Below, in pieces: positions 1 through 12,620 of a DNA stretch of 64,000 nucleotides. Origin of the DNA: Oculina patagonica (Eukaryota); the NCBI RefSeq assembly GCF_052425735.1, contig NC_135767.1:16058001-16122000 (forward strand), read 5' to 3'. The position numbers and the translations under genes are program-made. The notes under the pieces were generated by a model. That model did no database searches. It worked only from the letters and a program-made list of their open reading frames with translations, and was not told the origin of the DNA. The stretch's first letter is position 1; the number at the start of each line of letters is the position of its first letter.

Positions 1-379
1 ATCAGGACCAATTTCTTTGAAAAAGTCTCCTATATCTAATCTTTCCGCCATTGCAAAATCATGTTGAACTTTCGGCAAGAATTTTAATTTGCCGTTACAG
101 TATGCCAAATATTTCCAAACGGTTAACGACCAATTATGCCACATTTAATGCCCAATTAGATCATGTTTTGGTGTCATATGTTTACGCTTGAAGCAACCGA
201 CGGCACACAGATCTCTCCAGAGCTAGGTCATCAGTAGAAAATGTTTTAGGTCACATTAAGCCAGATAATTTCTTCAAATGGGGGAAAAGGTGAGCACCTG
301 TAGATGGACATCTACCACTTCAGCTAAGTTATGATAATTTATACATTGTTCATAATTATCATGATAAATGTTAAAACAG

Positions 380-3300
380 GTCTGTTAATTGATCTCGGAG
401 ATGATCTGCCTCCTTTGCCATCCAAAAGGCACTCAGCAGATTCTACTGTAACTAAAGATGGGTCTGGCTCCAGATATGAAAATGTTGAAGGTAACTTGAT
501 CGCCACCTTTCTAATAACAAGAAATAAAATATACTGCTCTCAGGGCTCGAGACTAGCAGTAGCCAACTAGCCAAAGACTACTAAAATTTAGGTTTTGCCT
601 ATCAGGTTTAGCATTCCTGCTAGCCATTTGTTTAGTGAAAAACTCTGAATTTTAGTCAACAGTTCATGATAGAAATCAATACGCCTGACTAGTAAAAAAT
701 TACTTTTGGCTAGTAAAATCTGACATGCGGTCACTAGCCAGTAAACCAGTGAGTTAAAAAGTTAGTCTCAACCCTGCTACACTGAAGCCATGATTTCTAG
801 TAAACAGCTTTAAAGCGAGATCTATTTAAACTGTAATTTGCTGTACCCTGCAATTAAACCTATAAATATTTTTAAATTTTGCAATCAGTTATCAAGGATA
901 ATTTTCTACAGTACAAATGTCAAGGAAGTGGAGTAAACAAAACATTAGCAAGTATGGCTACAACTGGGGACTGAAGATTAACATACAGGTTACAAACGGC
1001 AAGCTTGAAATAAATGGTCTATACAGTCTGACCACTATTAAGCGGCCACCTATTAAGCTGCCACCCTCCATTAAGCGGCCACTTTCCAAAGTCCTGATTT
1101 ATTTGTCACTAAACTACTGTATTTGATACCTCTATTCAACGGCCACCTCTATTAAGTGGCTGTGGCCACCTTGTTGCTGTCGCAAGTGTAGTACTATTTA
1201 TATGTTTTTTTCCTCCATTAAGCGGCCGGCAAATTATCTTTCCAAGTGAAATGGTGACAGATGAGTTAATCGTCTGTGAAATATCTTGAGCTAAGACCTA
1301 AGAAACTTGTCAACGATGTTTTGCATATTTTTCTGTACATTATCAAACCGAAGAAATACTGTACATTTCAACTACGTGCCCTCTGTGTTAGACCTAGAAC
1401 TATGCATGGGCTGGAAATGCACATGCTGTTTTGTTACAATGAATTTTGGATTTATCTTCATCTATGATCACTTTTTAAAAGCATTTTGCTATAAAGAGTC
1501 AATAAAATCATGTATACTACCATTTCTATTCAATTTATATTGTACCTCTATTAAGCGGCCACTTTTCAAAGCTCCGATGGTGGCCGCTTAATAGGTATAT
1601 TTTTTTTTAGGTCAGACTGTATTTTCAAGATATTTTGTCCACAAGCTATTGTAGCCTCCTTTAATAGGTGTTTTTGTCAGTGTCGCCTCCTCCGTAGTTG
1701 CGGAATGCCCCCTTATCTTATCTCATCTCTTTTGCTTTTGTTTCAGTCAAGCCTAAACCCAGACCTGGGTCAGCCCCTCACAGGTCAAACAGTTCCCCTA
1801 ATGTGTTGGACGATTCTTGGCTGTTTGGTCTACAACCAACTGTAAACAGTTCGCCACCAGGTGTGCACCCTGGAGGTTCCAAAGAAAATGCAGACAGTAG
1901 AGCTTTCCATACGCTTCCTAACAGAATGCATCCAGATTCTGGTCCCAAGAGATGCCCCTTGACTGCAGATGTGTTCCAAGATCCGGGTGTGAGCAGCAGT
2001 GCTGCTGGCGCTGCTGGTGGTGGCGGGGGCAGCGGGTTTGGGGTAATGCAGTCGTCACAAGGCCAGTACTGTTTGGTTGGTGCAGTGAGCCCTTCTTCAC
2101 CTCCTAAAGTGATGACGACTCCTCAGTTTGTGCCTCAGCCTAACCAAGGCTCACAGCTGCAGAAGCAGAAACCGCCTGTTGAGGGTCACAATTCTTCACA
2201 ACCTAAGAGGCAAGGTGATCGACCAAAGTCCCGGACACCGGTTGGCGCCTACAGCTTAGTGGGAATACCAGAAGTATCGGGACAATCACCGGTTTTCTAT
2301 ACACAGGGCACTGTATCCACCCCTGCCACAGTTAAAAGCGATCCTATTAAAGCAAATGCTGGTGTCACTGTAGAAGTCAACTCAATGCCAAACACTGGTA
2401 ATGCTGTGGAAATCAAAGGAAGCCCGATTGCTGAACCTTCGTCGTATGAGTTGGTTGGACAGTGGCCACAACCTGCGAAGGTGACACCACCGTCGGTTCA
2501 TCCATACACACCTGGCCCTCCTAACATGGATGCTAAAAAAGCTGCAAAGGATGGGTCGGTTGGACAGTGGCCGCAGCCTGCAAAGGTGACACCACCGTCG
2601 GTTCATCCATACAAACCTGGCCCTGCTAACATGGATGCTAAAAAAGCTGCAAAAGATGAGTTGATTGGACAGTGGCCGCAGCCTGCCAAGAGGGTGTCAC
2701 CACCGTCAGTGCAGCCGTACAAACCTGGCCTTTCTAACATGGATGTTAAAAAAGCTGTGAAAGAAGAAGCACATGCCTCACCGCTACTTCCACACAAAGC
2801 AGACAAGCAGAAGCCGGTAGCTGGGAGTGAAGCTCCTCTAGATGTCTCCCTCAGACGCCAGGGTGATGGAGCACCACTGGATACCAGTGATGTGACAGTT
2901 GCACCAGGTATAAAAGAAGGTGTAGCCACAGGCCTCCCAAGCTCATGATACAATACTTTAGGGTGATTTTGCCATTCATGTTGTACATAACTTACATGAA
3001 TGGCAAAATCACTCTCAAACACCGAAATAGCCTAAATGAACTACTGTGGATATTTTGAATGACACCGGTGCAGGCTTCCCTGTGTAGAAGGCACCCGGCC
3101 GGTGTTGCGGCTGCCAGCTGGGCACAGAAACCAGCTGTCGTAAGTACATTTACTTCCTTTAACTGGAATTGAGACAAAATTTACCACAAGGAACTCCATA
3201 CATTGCTTTATAGAGCACTTAAATTTGTCAACAGTCGACTTTGTAACAAAGCATGTTCCGCTCCTAAACTCCATAAAAATAACAATATTTTTCGTATCAT

Positions 3301-6300
3301 TAGCTTAAGATACCTGTGGCATGGGCATCTCTTGTTAGAACTCTAGCTTCCACATGCAAACAAACAGAATGCAAAAGCGAGCAAGCGCAACATATGCAGG
3401 CCGTGGCTTGGCCGTTCATATATCGCATGACGGCATATTCATGCATTATAATACAGCACCTGTTTTACCTACAACAAAAAAAGCATATCGCTTTTATCTT
3501 GTTTTACACATGATTGTACTGAGTCAAATATGACGTGCATATTTTGCAGACCTTTATGCTTCGGTTGTTCCACGAAGCTGCAGAGACAAGGCAGACTCGA
3601 AGGACAGAAACAGTCTGTCTGGTGGATCACCAAACCTGCGTACTCAGTCATCATCTGGAAGTTTGCGGGTTAGCTGGTTATTTTCCTTTTGTTTTGCATG
3701 CAAGCTAATCAATTAAATTATGACCTTGAGATTTCTATGAGGTGAAAGTCGATGAAGCCACAGACTGAATCAACTATCACCTCAGAGATATTGAGAGCGA
3801 ATAATTCTAGTTGTCGCAGTAGAATTCTCACTAAAGTATGTACACTCGAACGATTTCCAATCACTTTCACATTCTGAGCTTGCGCAAACTAGTATACTAA
3901 CAGCTGATAGTATACAAGAAGCTCAACCATTCAGATGGTCGCATTTGCGCCAGTGTATTTGTTACTAATGAGAACTGAGTTGTGTGGAGAGTACATGTTA
4001 AAGACCTCGTTCGCAAAGGAAGGGTGGGGGAGGGGGGGGGGGGGGGGGGGGGGAAAACAAATTGTGTCTCAAAATGCACCAGTTTGCATCTCAGTGCATA
4101 TTCATTTTAAAATATTTCCCAGAGGGGGGAGGGGAGAGGGCATGCCCCCGGACCACCCCAGGAAGCTTGTGGCCTTTTAGCCTCCTACGCAGACGTTCTT
4201 TGAGCACGTCACGCGTGACGAGCCCAAAGAACGTCTGCGTAGGAGGTTAGTGACCTTGGCCACTCGGGAATTCTCCCCCAAACGTTAAATCCTAGATAGG
4301 ACCCTGATGGACTATATCTGATTGATGGGTTTTAATGGATCTTAAACGATTCCTGAGCTTGTAGATGCTTATTTCAAGCTTTAAATGACATTACATAAGC
4401 ACTACAAAGGCCCTATTCTCCCAGAGGAGACATAAGGAAGCAGATGAGATGACATAAGCACTACAAACCGAATTCTTTGCAAACGACTTTTTGCAATTTA
4501 TGTCTTCTTACAGAGCTTTACATCGACTTCAAGTGACGAAGGCGATACTCCTCCAGCAATCCCTCAAAAGACTAACGAAGCATTTCAAGTTCCAGGCATG
4601 TGATTGTTTGAAAATTGATAGCTTGTTTTAATGGGGCACTATATCTGAATTTGAGTGAAATTTAAAGAGGTTTAAATAAGGGATGAAGAAAGAATAAACA
4701 TTTTGAAACACCACCAGACAGTTGACCCCCACGCAAGAACACTCCAGGTTGTCACTGGGGGACTGTCTGGTGTCCGTCTACAAATTTTTAACTAAACAAT
4801 TCTAATTTTAAAACACAATACATTTCTAGTATTTCTTATTTCTCTAAATTTTACTAATCTTTTGCAAAAACTATCCCAACATCCCAAAAAATCACCCAAA
4901 AATGCTCTGGGAACGAGAACGAAAAATTTGCAAACACCGTAAAACATGAATATATGAGATAATGAGAGCCTTTGTGGATTCCTTGAAACGCAAACGAGAT
5001 GTTTCCGTTAAACACGTGTTAAGCTGTGAAAAAAACGACCTTCAGGTATAATCCCCCTTAATCCCGCCTCGTCGCGCAATTTTCTTCCTAATCTAAATTG
5101 CTAGATTGCGGGACGAGGGAAAATGTTGTCTGTGTAATTTTTTTTCTTGATAACTCTTATAACGGTCCTATCATATGAAAAAAAAAATATGTGTACTTTG
5201 TATTATCACCCAGGCGAAGAACCTTACGAGAATGTCCAGCCGACCAGTAAAGGAACTTTGGACCGATTCAAGAAAATGATGAAGAGCACTTCGAAGGTTT
5301 GTCTCATTTCTTGTGAGGGGGTAGGGGTGTGTGTGTGTGTGGGGGGGGGGGAGGGGGGTGCTAGGATGAAAGAGTGGACCAAAGTTTTACCTGCATATTT
5401 GCTCAAGTGTCATCTTTAATCCATGTTAAGAATATCATTTAAACACAATTTTAATACTTAGTCTGGTCCTTCCATCTGGAATAACTTGGATGAAGAACTT
5501 AAAAGTCTATCTTTGCCTTCATTTAAGCAAACTATGAATGAGCATTATTTAAGTTCTTATGGCAATTTTTCTTTTCGCTCGTATATTACTCATAAAAACA
5601 AATTTTGGTTCTAACATTAGCAGGTACTGTTTTCATTTCTTTATTTTTTCTCATTTTTTCCTGTTTCTTCTTTCCAGTTTTTATCTATATTACTATTTAT
5701 ACATACTTAAAAACATTGTACTGATTTACTTAATACTTATATTATCTTACTCTCGTCTACCAAGTAAAAGCAATTTTTTTTGTAGCTAATAGCCTTGTTT
5801 AGTTTATTTCTATTCTGGGTAGTTTTTTGCCTATTCTATAGTTATTTCTATTTGTTTTTGGCAAAATAAAATGGTGTTGTTGTTGCCGTTTATCATTTCG
5901 TCGTTCTACGAAATTCTTTTCAAATTGAAGGAAATGCCAAAATATCAGTTTACTAAGGCAGGACAACTTTAGGAAGGTGATAATGATCTTTAACAGGGTG
6001 GTAAATATCGGGGGAAATAAAGAAGGATTGTAAACGACGAGCTTAAGTTTTTTAGACTGATGTAGCTTCATTATGTGTGCCATTGAATTCACCATGTGTA
6101 TAGAATGAGTGCCAAGGTAGACTGAACCACTAAATGTGTGTTTTCACAAGTGGTATTTCTACAGTGACATTGTACGGTACCTTTGTCTCATAGGGTAGTT
6201 TACCAAAACGATTGTCTGACATCTCGCTGCCGCATGGACAGCCGCGAAGTAACAGCTCAGGGACTGGTAAGAAGTTTTGACAGTGATTAATAACATTATA

Positions 6301-7531
6301 GGCAAGCAGTGCGTGCAGATGGTACGGTCTAGCCGGGTTAGCTTGGGTCGGGTAGCAGCTCTCCCAAAACCCCACATGCATTGCTCACTACCAATAAAAC
6401 AAACAACTGGAACAATGCCCCATAGCCCCGCAAACAATAGCACTGTTATGTACACTATCTAGAGGACCATCAGAGTTACAAGTTTACAAGTAAAAAAGGG
6501 TGGAGGTCTAAGTTTATGTTTGGAAAAAGTCTGGGAATTTGTCCAAATTTTAACCATTTCTCAGTTGGAATCTGTGTTTGTGTCAAATTTAGATAAAGAA
6601 AAGATGCCAAATCGTTTTGCGGTAAGCGTTTTATTAGCAGCCTTAAAAAAGGATTTTTATAGTAGGTGTTGCAAACACCATTGTAAGTTAGCGATTGTGG
6701 ATTGGAGTAGGTATTGGTGTTTATCTTTACATTGCTCGCTTTTATGTCATTGGTAACCTTAATACCAAGAACTCCCTTCAAAACGGTCATTTAGAACTCT
6801 GCGTTGTTTAGCTTTTGCTTTGGACAGTGCAATTCCCCCCCCCCCCCCCAAAAAAAAAAAAAAAAAAAAAGAAAAAAAGAAAAAAAAAGCCTCTATAGCA
6901 AGTAACAACCGTGGATGGCAGTTTTATTGTAAAACTCAGAAAACCTTTAACACCAGAAATATTTATGTAATGTTATTGTGTTGCAAAGAAGAAGCCAATC
7001 AGGTGTTAGAAAACTAAACCGCAGTCAGCAACGGTTTTGTTTTTAGTTTGTGGTTTTGAGGTTTGCTCACGTATCCTGAACTTTACTGTGACTGGTCACT
7101 ACACAATCAAAATTACTGAAATATTTCAAGTGTTCACGGTTTTCTTAGTTTCACAGTAATTTCCCTGGGTCTTGTCAGTATGGCATGATTAGTGTGCTTG
7201 AGGGCTCCATCTGAAATCAATACAGTAAAGGAGTATTTCTAACAAAGTACTAACTTCAATTTCTTTTCTTCGTTCCCAGGGACAATGCGATTGGAAGAAA
7301 TAGGTATGTTGCTCTTATTCGTGCTTGTCTATTGCTCTTGATTTCTTTATGCTTCGGGAGTTTTACGGACAAGGTCGCTTTTCTGTCGGTTTTGTTCGAA
7401 TTTGATCGTGGATTACGACTGATGCGTTTGCTGATTTTGTTTATTCAGGTTACAAGAAGCGATTTGCAAAGCCCATAGGCCCAAGATCTTGCCCAGCGGA
7501 CTGGCCAAGTTTTGGACATCTTGGTTTATAA
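380..7531 (+). CDS. 3' part of a multi-exon gene encoding a Pro/Ser-rich, largely disordered protein with multiple Tyr motifs (docking/adaptor-like; 5' end outside the window)
   Basis: Phase-compatible exons: 380-490, 1747-2907, 3550-3668, 4514-4595, 5214-5296, 6194-6266, 7280-7303, 7449-7531 (TAA). Motifs YENV x2, YSLV, YELV, YASV, PPLP, PPAIP. No recognisable globular domain in the window, so the family is not assigned. Confidence 0.7.
541..776. mobile_element. Degenerate non-autonomous TIR element (CAGGG...CCCTG ends)
   Basis: cagggctcgagactagc vs gttagtctcaaccctg imperfect inverted ends; internal ctagcca repeats; no clear TSD. Confidence 0.45.
1022..1621. mobile_element. Tc1/mariner/pogo-type MITE
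   Basis: TA|CAGTCTGACC ... GGTCAGACTG|TA termini; subterminal TATTAAGCGGCC repeats in both orientations. Confidence 0.8.
1747..2907 (+). CDS. Large internal exon of gene 1 (Pro/Ser/Gly-rich, contains 3x35-aa repeat)
   Basis: Within ORF 1698-2948; acceptor tttcag|TC at 1746/47, donor CCAG|gtataa at 2907/08; phase 1-1; GC higher than flanks. Confidence 0.8.
2454..2765 (+). repeat. Coding tandem repeat, 3 x about 105 bp (GQWPQPAKVTPPSVHPY.PGP.NMDAKKAAKD)
   Basis: Units start at 2454, 2559 and 2664; near-identical at DNA level. Confidence 0.95.
4178..4249. mobile_element. 72-bp palindromic mini-MITE
   Basis: tagcctcctacgcagacgttcttt ... aaagaacgtctgcgtaggaggtta, 24-bp near-perfect arms, central cgtcacgcgtgacg palindrome; inserted in another GC-rich repeat. 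Confidence 0.75.
5440..5560 (+). mobile_element. CR1/L2-like LINE 3' remnant
   Basis: Translates SGPSIWNNLDEELKSLSLPSFKQ, typical of the CR1/L2 ORF2 C-terminus. Confidence 0.5.
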
Positions 7532-7582
7532 TTAAGAGATGAAAATTACTTTTTAGAGAGATTAAACATCATGTTAAATAGT

Positions 7583-7672
7583 CCAGTTTTGGCCCCCCTC
7601 TCTCTGTCACGCAACGTCGGAAGCGAGACCCTCTCTTCTTACGTTACGTGACAGAGAGATGGGGGCAAAACT
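7583..7672. repeat. Short inverted repeat/MITE in gene 1 3' UTR region
   Basis: agttttggccccc.ctctctgtcacgcaacgt ... acgttacgtgacagagagatgggggcaaaact. Confidence 0.55.
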
Positions 7673-8370
7673 ACACTACATGTTGAACGGCAGACAGCAA
7701 ACGTAAGCTTAGCATTGTTTCTACACATTTCCTTCAAATAGTTTTTTTGGAAAAAAGTCTGACTGAAAAGAAAAGTTGAAAAAAAATCAATAAATACAGA
7801 AATAGTCATTATCACGTAGACATGGCAAACAGCGAGTGCCAGAAAAAAAAAATAGTGAAACAAGTATAATGTTTAATCTCTGTTATTTTGTAATGCCTTT
7901 TGATAAATTGACGATATTTTCCACTTGCCTCTCAGCAAGATAGAGTTTAAAGAAAATCCCTTAAAGGGAAATAAAAGAGGTGTCAAACACCAAGCACTAA
8001 TTGCTCGCGAGTAATTGTAGATAGGACATGTACATAATCTATTCGAATTAACCATGCTTTCACTTAGGTATCCATATATATTGTAACCAACGCTTAGGTG
8101 GCTACTTTAAGTACGAATGAAATGAAAATACATGCATATTTTTTAGAGCATATCAACTTTAGAATTATGAAATTTCGAAATGGAATTGAATAGTGCAAAC
8201 GCTCTGAAAGGGGTTTGTATAGTTACCTCAATGATGACATGCTTGGGTTCAAAGTTGCACGTCTGTCCTTGCCAGGGCTTATCGTAGCTAATATAGCTTT
8301 AAAACGTGTTCATTCACCCACCATCCCCTCCCTTCAGGCATGCTTCCTGATGATTTCCTTTTATAAATAC

Positions 8371-8567
8371 AAAATCATCTTGTTCATTGTTACGCACGTT
8401 TCTAGGGCCCACCCCTGAATTTCTCAGTATATTATGATCCAGCTGTCAGTCAGTTGTCACAAAATCATCTGCTGTCACAACTGCTGTCACAAAATCATCT
8501 TGTTCATTGTTACACACGTTTTTAGGGCCCACCCCTAAATTGCTCAGTAGATTGTGGTCCAGCTGTC
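8371..8567. repeat. Local direct duplication (about 77 bp, 120-bp period)
   Basis: aaaatcatcttgttcattgttac...ccagctgtc at 8371 and 8491. Confidence 0.85.
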
Positions 8568-9999
8568 TGTAGAACCTTGATTGTGTTTAGTTGGCTGGAC
8601 ATGGTGTTGTTCTAATTAATGTTGTTGTTGTTTTTGTTCATTGGATAATGTTGTGTTAAGTGAGAAATGATCTTCCCAATGAATTTTCATATTTAAGTAA
8701 TTCGTAATTACAGAAGTGACAAATCTTTAAAAATTCACTCTACATTCGTAATTCACAAATCAATCATTTTATATAATTCACATCGGTGTTTTAAATGGTA
8801 CTGTCGTTGCTGATGATTTTGATGTTGTCGTTGTTGTTGTATCTGCTGTTGTCACAATCCACCGTACAGAAGATGGTGTCTGTACATTTTACCACAATAC
8901 CTTGCGAACCTAACACAGCCAATAGGGCTGAAAGGCTGCCACGTTTTTGAGGAAATTTGTCCTTGTACTGGTTTGAATTTTTTAGAGCTTTTCTGTGCGT
9001 TGTATAAGCGTTTTTAGCGTTTAAGCGCGCTAGGAACTATAGGTAAATGTACCGGTCGCCATCTCTTTTCGTACGGATGATTGTTCTTGCAATGTTTTGT
9101 TATATCATTGTTTTAGTGAAAATCGTATTTTGAATTTTGTTAGGCCTTCAGTAGCGTGCTTAAAAAAACTTTATTTTTACGATTATTTTAAGCAAATTAC
9201 GATTTTATTATTGCTAGAAACAAATGTATAAATAAGTAAGGCATGATGATAGATTTATTTGCTGTTACCTAACGCAGTTTGCCTAAAAATGCTGTCTGCG
9301 CTTATTTTCTTTACAATTTAAGTATTTTTTTAAATAAGTATTTTTGATAAAATCATCTTTTAATTGTGCTGTTTTATACTTAATTTAAGTAAAATTGACA
9401 GTGAATAAGATAGAGTATTAAAATAGAGTATTTAAAGGACTTGAATCAACTAAGGTGGTTGTTAACTTAATTGTGTAATTCCTGACTTACAAAACTTTCT
9501 CCAACTCAAAAAGATTCTTTAATAAACAGTAGAGAATCCTCTACCTTAAAGAAAGACCAAAGAGGTAGCTCGGACTTCTCTAGCCCTAAATAATGCAATG
9601 CGAACATAGTTTTATCTACATTGTTTTTTTTTGTTGTTGTTCCAGTCAAGGTTCCAAGAATTAAACGATGTGAAGTTTAGGAAAACGCAAAGAAATTTCT
9701 TCACAGCATGTTTAGAAATACTAATTGAAGAAGGTTGTTATAGGAAGAAACCGATCTGGAACAAGGATGTTAATCACGTGGTTCAAATAGCTCAATCGTC
9801 GGAGTTTGCTTCCAATTTAAACGTCTTCGTCGCATCCCCGACTAAACTCTGCGTTTGGTAAACGCAGGCAGGATGCACGTCATTAACTGTTGCTTTTCTG
9901 CTATTTTCGCTTGTTACATAACTGGCTAATGCTGCACAAGTCGCTATTTAGATGACAGTTTTGTTTACAGTGGCACTAATTCGAAAGAAAGCTTAAAAG

Positions 10000-10725
10000 T
10001 TATCTGGAACTAATCCAAGCTCTGAATTTATAAATGAGAAAGAAAAATATTTGTGCCACAGGAAGACCAGCAATCAAGAATAATGACAAGTAAGCTGTGT
10101 AAATTAAAGGCTCGTCACGAGACTCCAGCGAGGGGTCAAAATATAGGTCGAACTCCACTTCCGCTAAGATGAAAACCAAGGTAAAAACAATATACGAGGC
10201 ACCGAATATGTAGGCATACACGACGTGCATCGGCCTCACAGGAAGGTAACTGGTCGACGTGTCAACAATCGCCAGAAGAAGGTAAAGAGCGTGTCTTGGG
10301 AAATCAGGATTCCCACAAATGAGTAACGCTCTATAAAGAACAGCGAGAAGTAGGCCATGGAGCAAACGAACGCGCTGTCGGCGGAAAGAGTGTGCAGGGC
10401 CCACAGTACTTCATGGTGCCAGGAGAGACGGTTTGCACTTGTGACCAGGCTGTTGTCTTTCTGTCCGGGTTTTAAAGCGCATGAATTGGAATGGGTAGGG
10501 TGCCGGTCATCTTGCTGGATTCTCTCATATTGATGGCTCTTTCTTGATCTGCACATCGAGCGATGGATTATAGTGAAGGAACCAAGCAGGAAATACAGAG
10601 CTGTTACCACTCGGCTCCAGTTCCCCAAGTGGATTATCCAGTCTCCTCGAAACCAGGTCTGCTATTGTTAGGAGAGCGTACACCAAGCAAAGGATGCCAA
10701 ACAATGGTCTCGGTAAACCCTGTGG
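10000..10725 (-). pseudogene. Rolling stone-like multi-pass membrane protein, disrupted (two in-frame stops plus a 1-nt frameshift)
   Basis: Family-like motifs WIIHLGNWS, LSWHHEVLWALH, RHAL...VD...LPVRPMHVVY...FGASYIVFT split over ORFs 10236-10628 and 10000-10404 (frame switch near 10307). Upstream frame reads VYR...AWCTLS*Q*QTWF. Intronless; 5' part interrupted by repeats. Confidence 0.65.
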
Positions 10726-10850
10726 TGATTTGGGAAAATTGTGACTGGGAAAATCGGATTTGGGTCACTGGGAATGGGAATCTCAGACAGGAAAGCAATA
10801 GGACTGGGACTCAGATTTTGAAATTTTTGGCTGGGAAAATGGGGTTTAAC

Positions 10851-11119
10851 GCAGAGTGCAGATTGCACAATGCAGATTGCAGAATGCAGAATGCAGACTA
10901 AGAGAATATATTGTGTCACCTTTACCATTATTGAAGGAGTGCGGAGTGCGTAGTAGGCTAACCGGAGTGAACTTTTCACTCGGGTTAGCCTACTACACAC
11001 ACCGGTTACACTACTATTCACTCCGGTTGGCCTGTTAACGGTTAGCTTTCAATAATGGTAAAGATAACACAATATATTCTATTAGTCTAGCTGCATTCTG
11101 CATTCTGCGTTCTGCATTC
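10851..11119. mobile_element. Foldback/MITE with (GCAGAAT)n subterminal repeats
   Basis: ...gcagaatgcagactaagagaatatattgtgtcacctttaccattattgaa vs ttcaataatggtaaagataacacaatatattct...gctgcattctgcattctgc inverted arms. Confidence 0.7.
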
Positions 11120-11366
11120 AAGATCGACAGGTGACACACTGAGGTGAGACCTAAACTGATCTAAACTCGTACAGGAATGCATGTAATTTGCGTTTTGTCA
11201 ATAGTTTCTATCTTGTTAAGACTCGGGAGAAAGTATAGATAAGAATAGACTCTTCGGGTTGTACTGGCGAAGTTTTCGCAGTGTAATGCAAGCACGATAT
11301 GTTATATAAAATCTTTCATTGTTTCTTGATATATTCTTCTTGGCCGTGAATCATTATTTCGCGTTA

Positions 11367-11592
11367 ATTCTACTCCCCCTGAATGGGATGCTAGTCTATT
11401 GCAGGGTTCCCCCCCCCCCCCCCCCCCCAGCATTGTGTCGCCGGTACCCATTTATACACCTGGCTGGAGAGAGGCACTATGAGAGTAAAGTGTCTTGCCC
11501 AAGAACACAACACAAGTGACTCCGGCAGGGGCTCGAACTCGGACCGCTCGATCCGGAGTCCGGCGCACTAACTATTAGGCCACCGCGCCTCC
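11367..11592 (-). mobile_element. tRNA-derived SINE (CORE-like central domain)
   Basis: Reverse complement has A box TGGCCTAATAGTT, B box GAGTTCGAGCC and TTCTTGGGCAAGACACTTTACTCTC core; homologous to 55403-55695. Confidence 0.85.
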
Positions 11593-12620
11593 TAGATAAA
11601 GAGTAAAACACAGTACAGTAAAACGTCAGTTATAAAAAGCCGAATCTATTTTTAAGTACTAGTAAACTCATGCAGTTCTTCAGACTAACAAAAAAACAAG
11701 GCGCCATCCAACTTGAAGTACATAACATGTACAGTAACTGGAACTTCAATGAGCATGGACTATGTATACAAAATAATCAGTGCCTCTTGTTAAGTTTAGA
11801 GAAAAGGTATCAGAAAATGACCGAGATAAATTTTCTCGAGCAAAAAGTAGCTATATATTTTCTTCAAGTTGACCGTCTCGATCCCTTGCAAATATATATA
11901 AACATCGTCCTTGTTTTTTGGTTTGTATTCAAAGCGGTTGTTACATTGTTTTTTTTTTAACAACAATTAACAACAACAACAACCAGACATAAATAGCAAT
12001 AATTACAGCATAAAATAAATTAACTAAAATAAGCAAAAAAAAAAAAAAAAACTACTCAGTATAGAAATAAACTTAACTGGCTGAGTAGTTACACAAATTA
12101 AAATTCGCCATTCTTGTTTCATTACTTTGATTAAAATCTAATTTCTCCTTAAACTGGAGCATATGAGAACACATCAACCCATCAACAAGTAATTTCTTGT
12201 TTTATAAAGTTGAACTTGGCAGACATTAATCTGAAGACACTTCACTTTCTCATACTGAAAACAGGCATGATAAAGCATCGTCTCTCCCAACAAACCTACT
12301 TTTTAGTGTACTTTTACAAGTGGCTTTCCGCCAAACTAGCAAAAAAGCTAACGACTTTTGTGCATAATCCGTGCAATTCATTAGTATAATTGCCTACAAT
12401 AATATAATTTTGCATACACTTGCACGTGTAGTTTTTTCTCATATGATTACTGATTGTTCGTGAGGTTAAATTAAAAGAGTAAAGAGCAGAGTCTTTTTAT
12501 GTACCCTTACACCTTAAACTGATTAAAATTAAGTCGTTCGTAATTATGTTGAGATGTCCCTTGTGCATCATCAGCATCATCTTGCGACAGATAATTCATC
12601 TTGTCAAAACATGTACCGCA

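Noticed and set aside
190-289. Upstream exon of gene 1 ending at aaag|gtgagc
   Set aside because: The most protein-like frame ends in phase 2, incompatible with exon 380; left unresolved
2603-3022. 139-aa antisense ORF
   Set aside because: Shadow of the GC-rich gene 1 exon; no independent features
3074-3139. Extra exon of gene 1 ending at gtaagt (3140)
   Set aside because: No acceptor gave phases compatible with both neighbouring exons; the model closes without it
4021-4053. Poly-G tract as a functional G-quadruplex (similar tracts near 11408, 14766, 24100)
   Set aside because: Homopolymer runs inside repeats; lengths unreliable and no evidence of function
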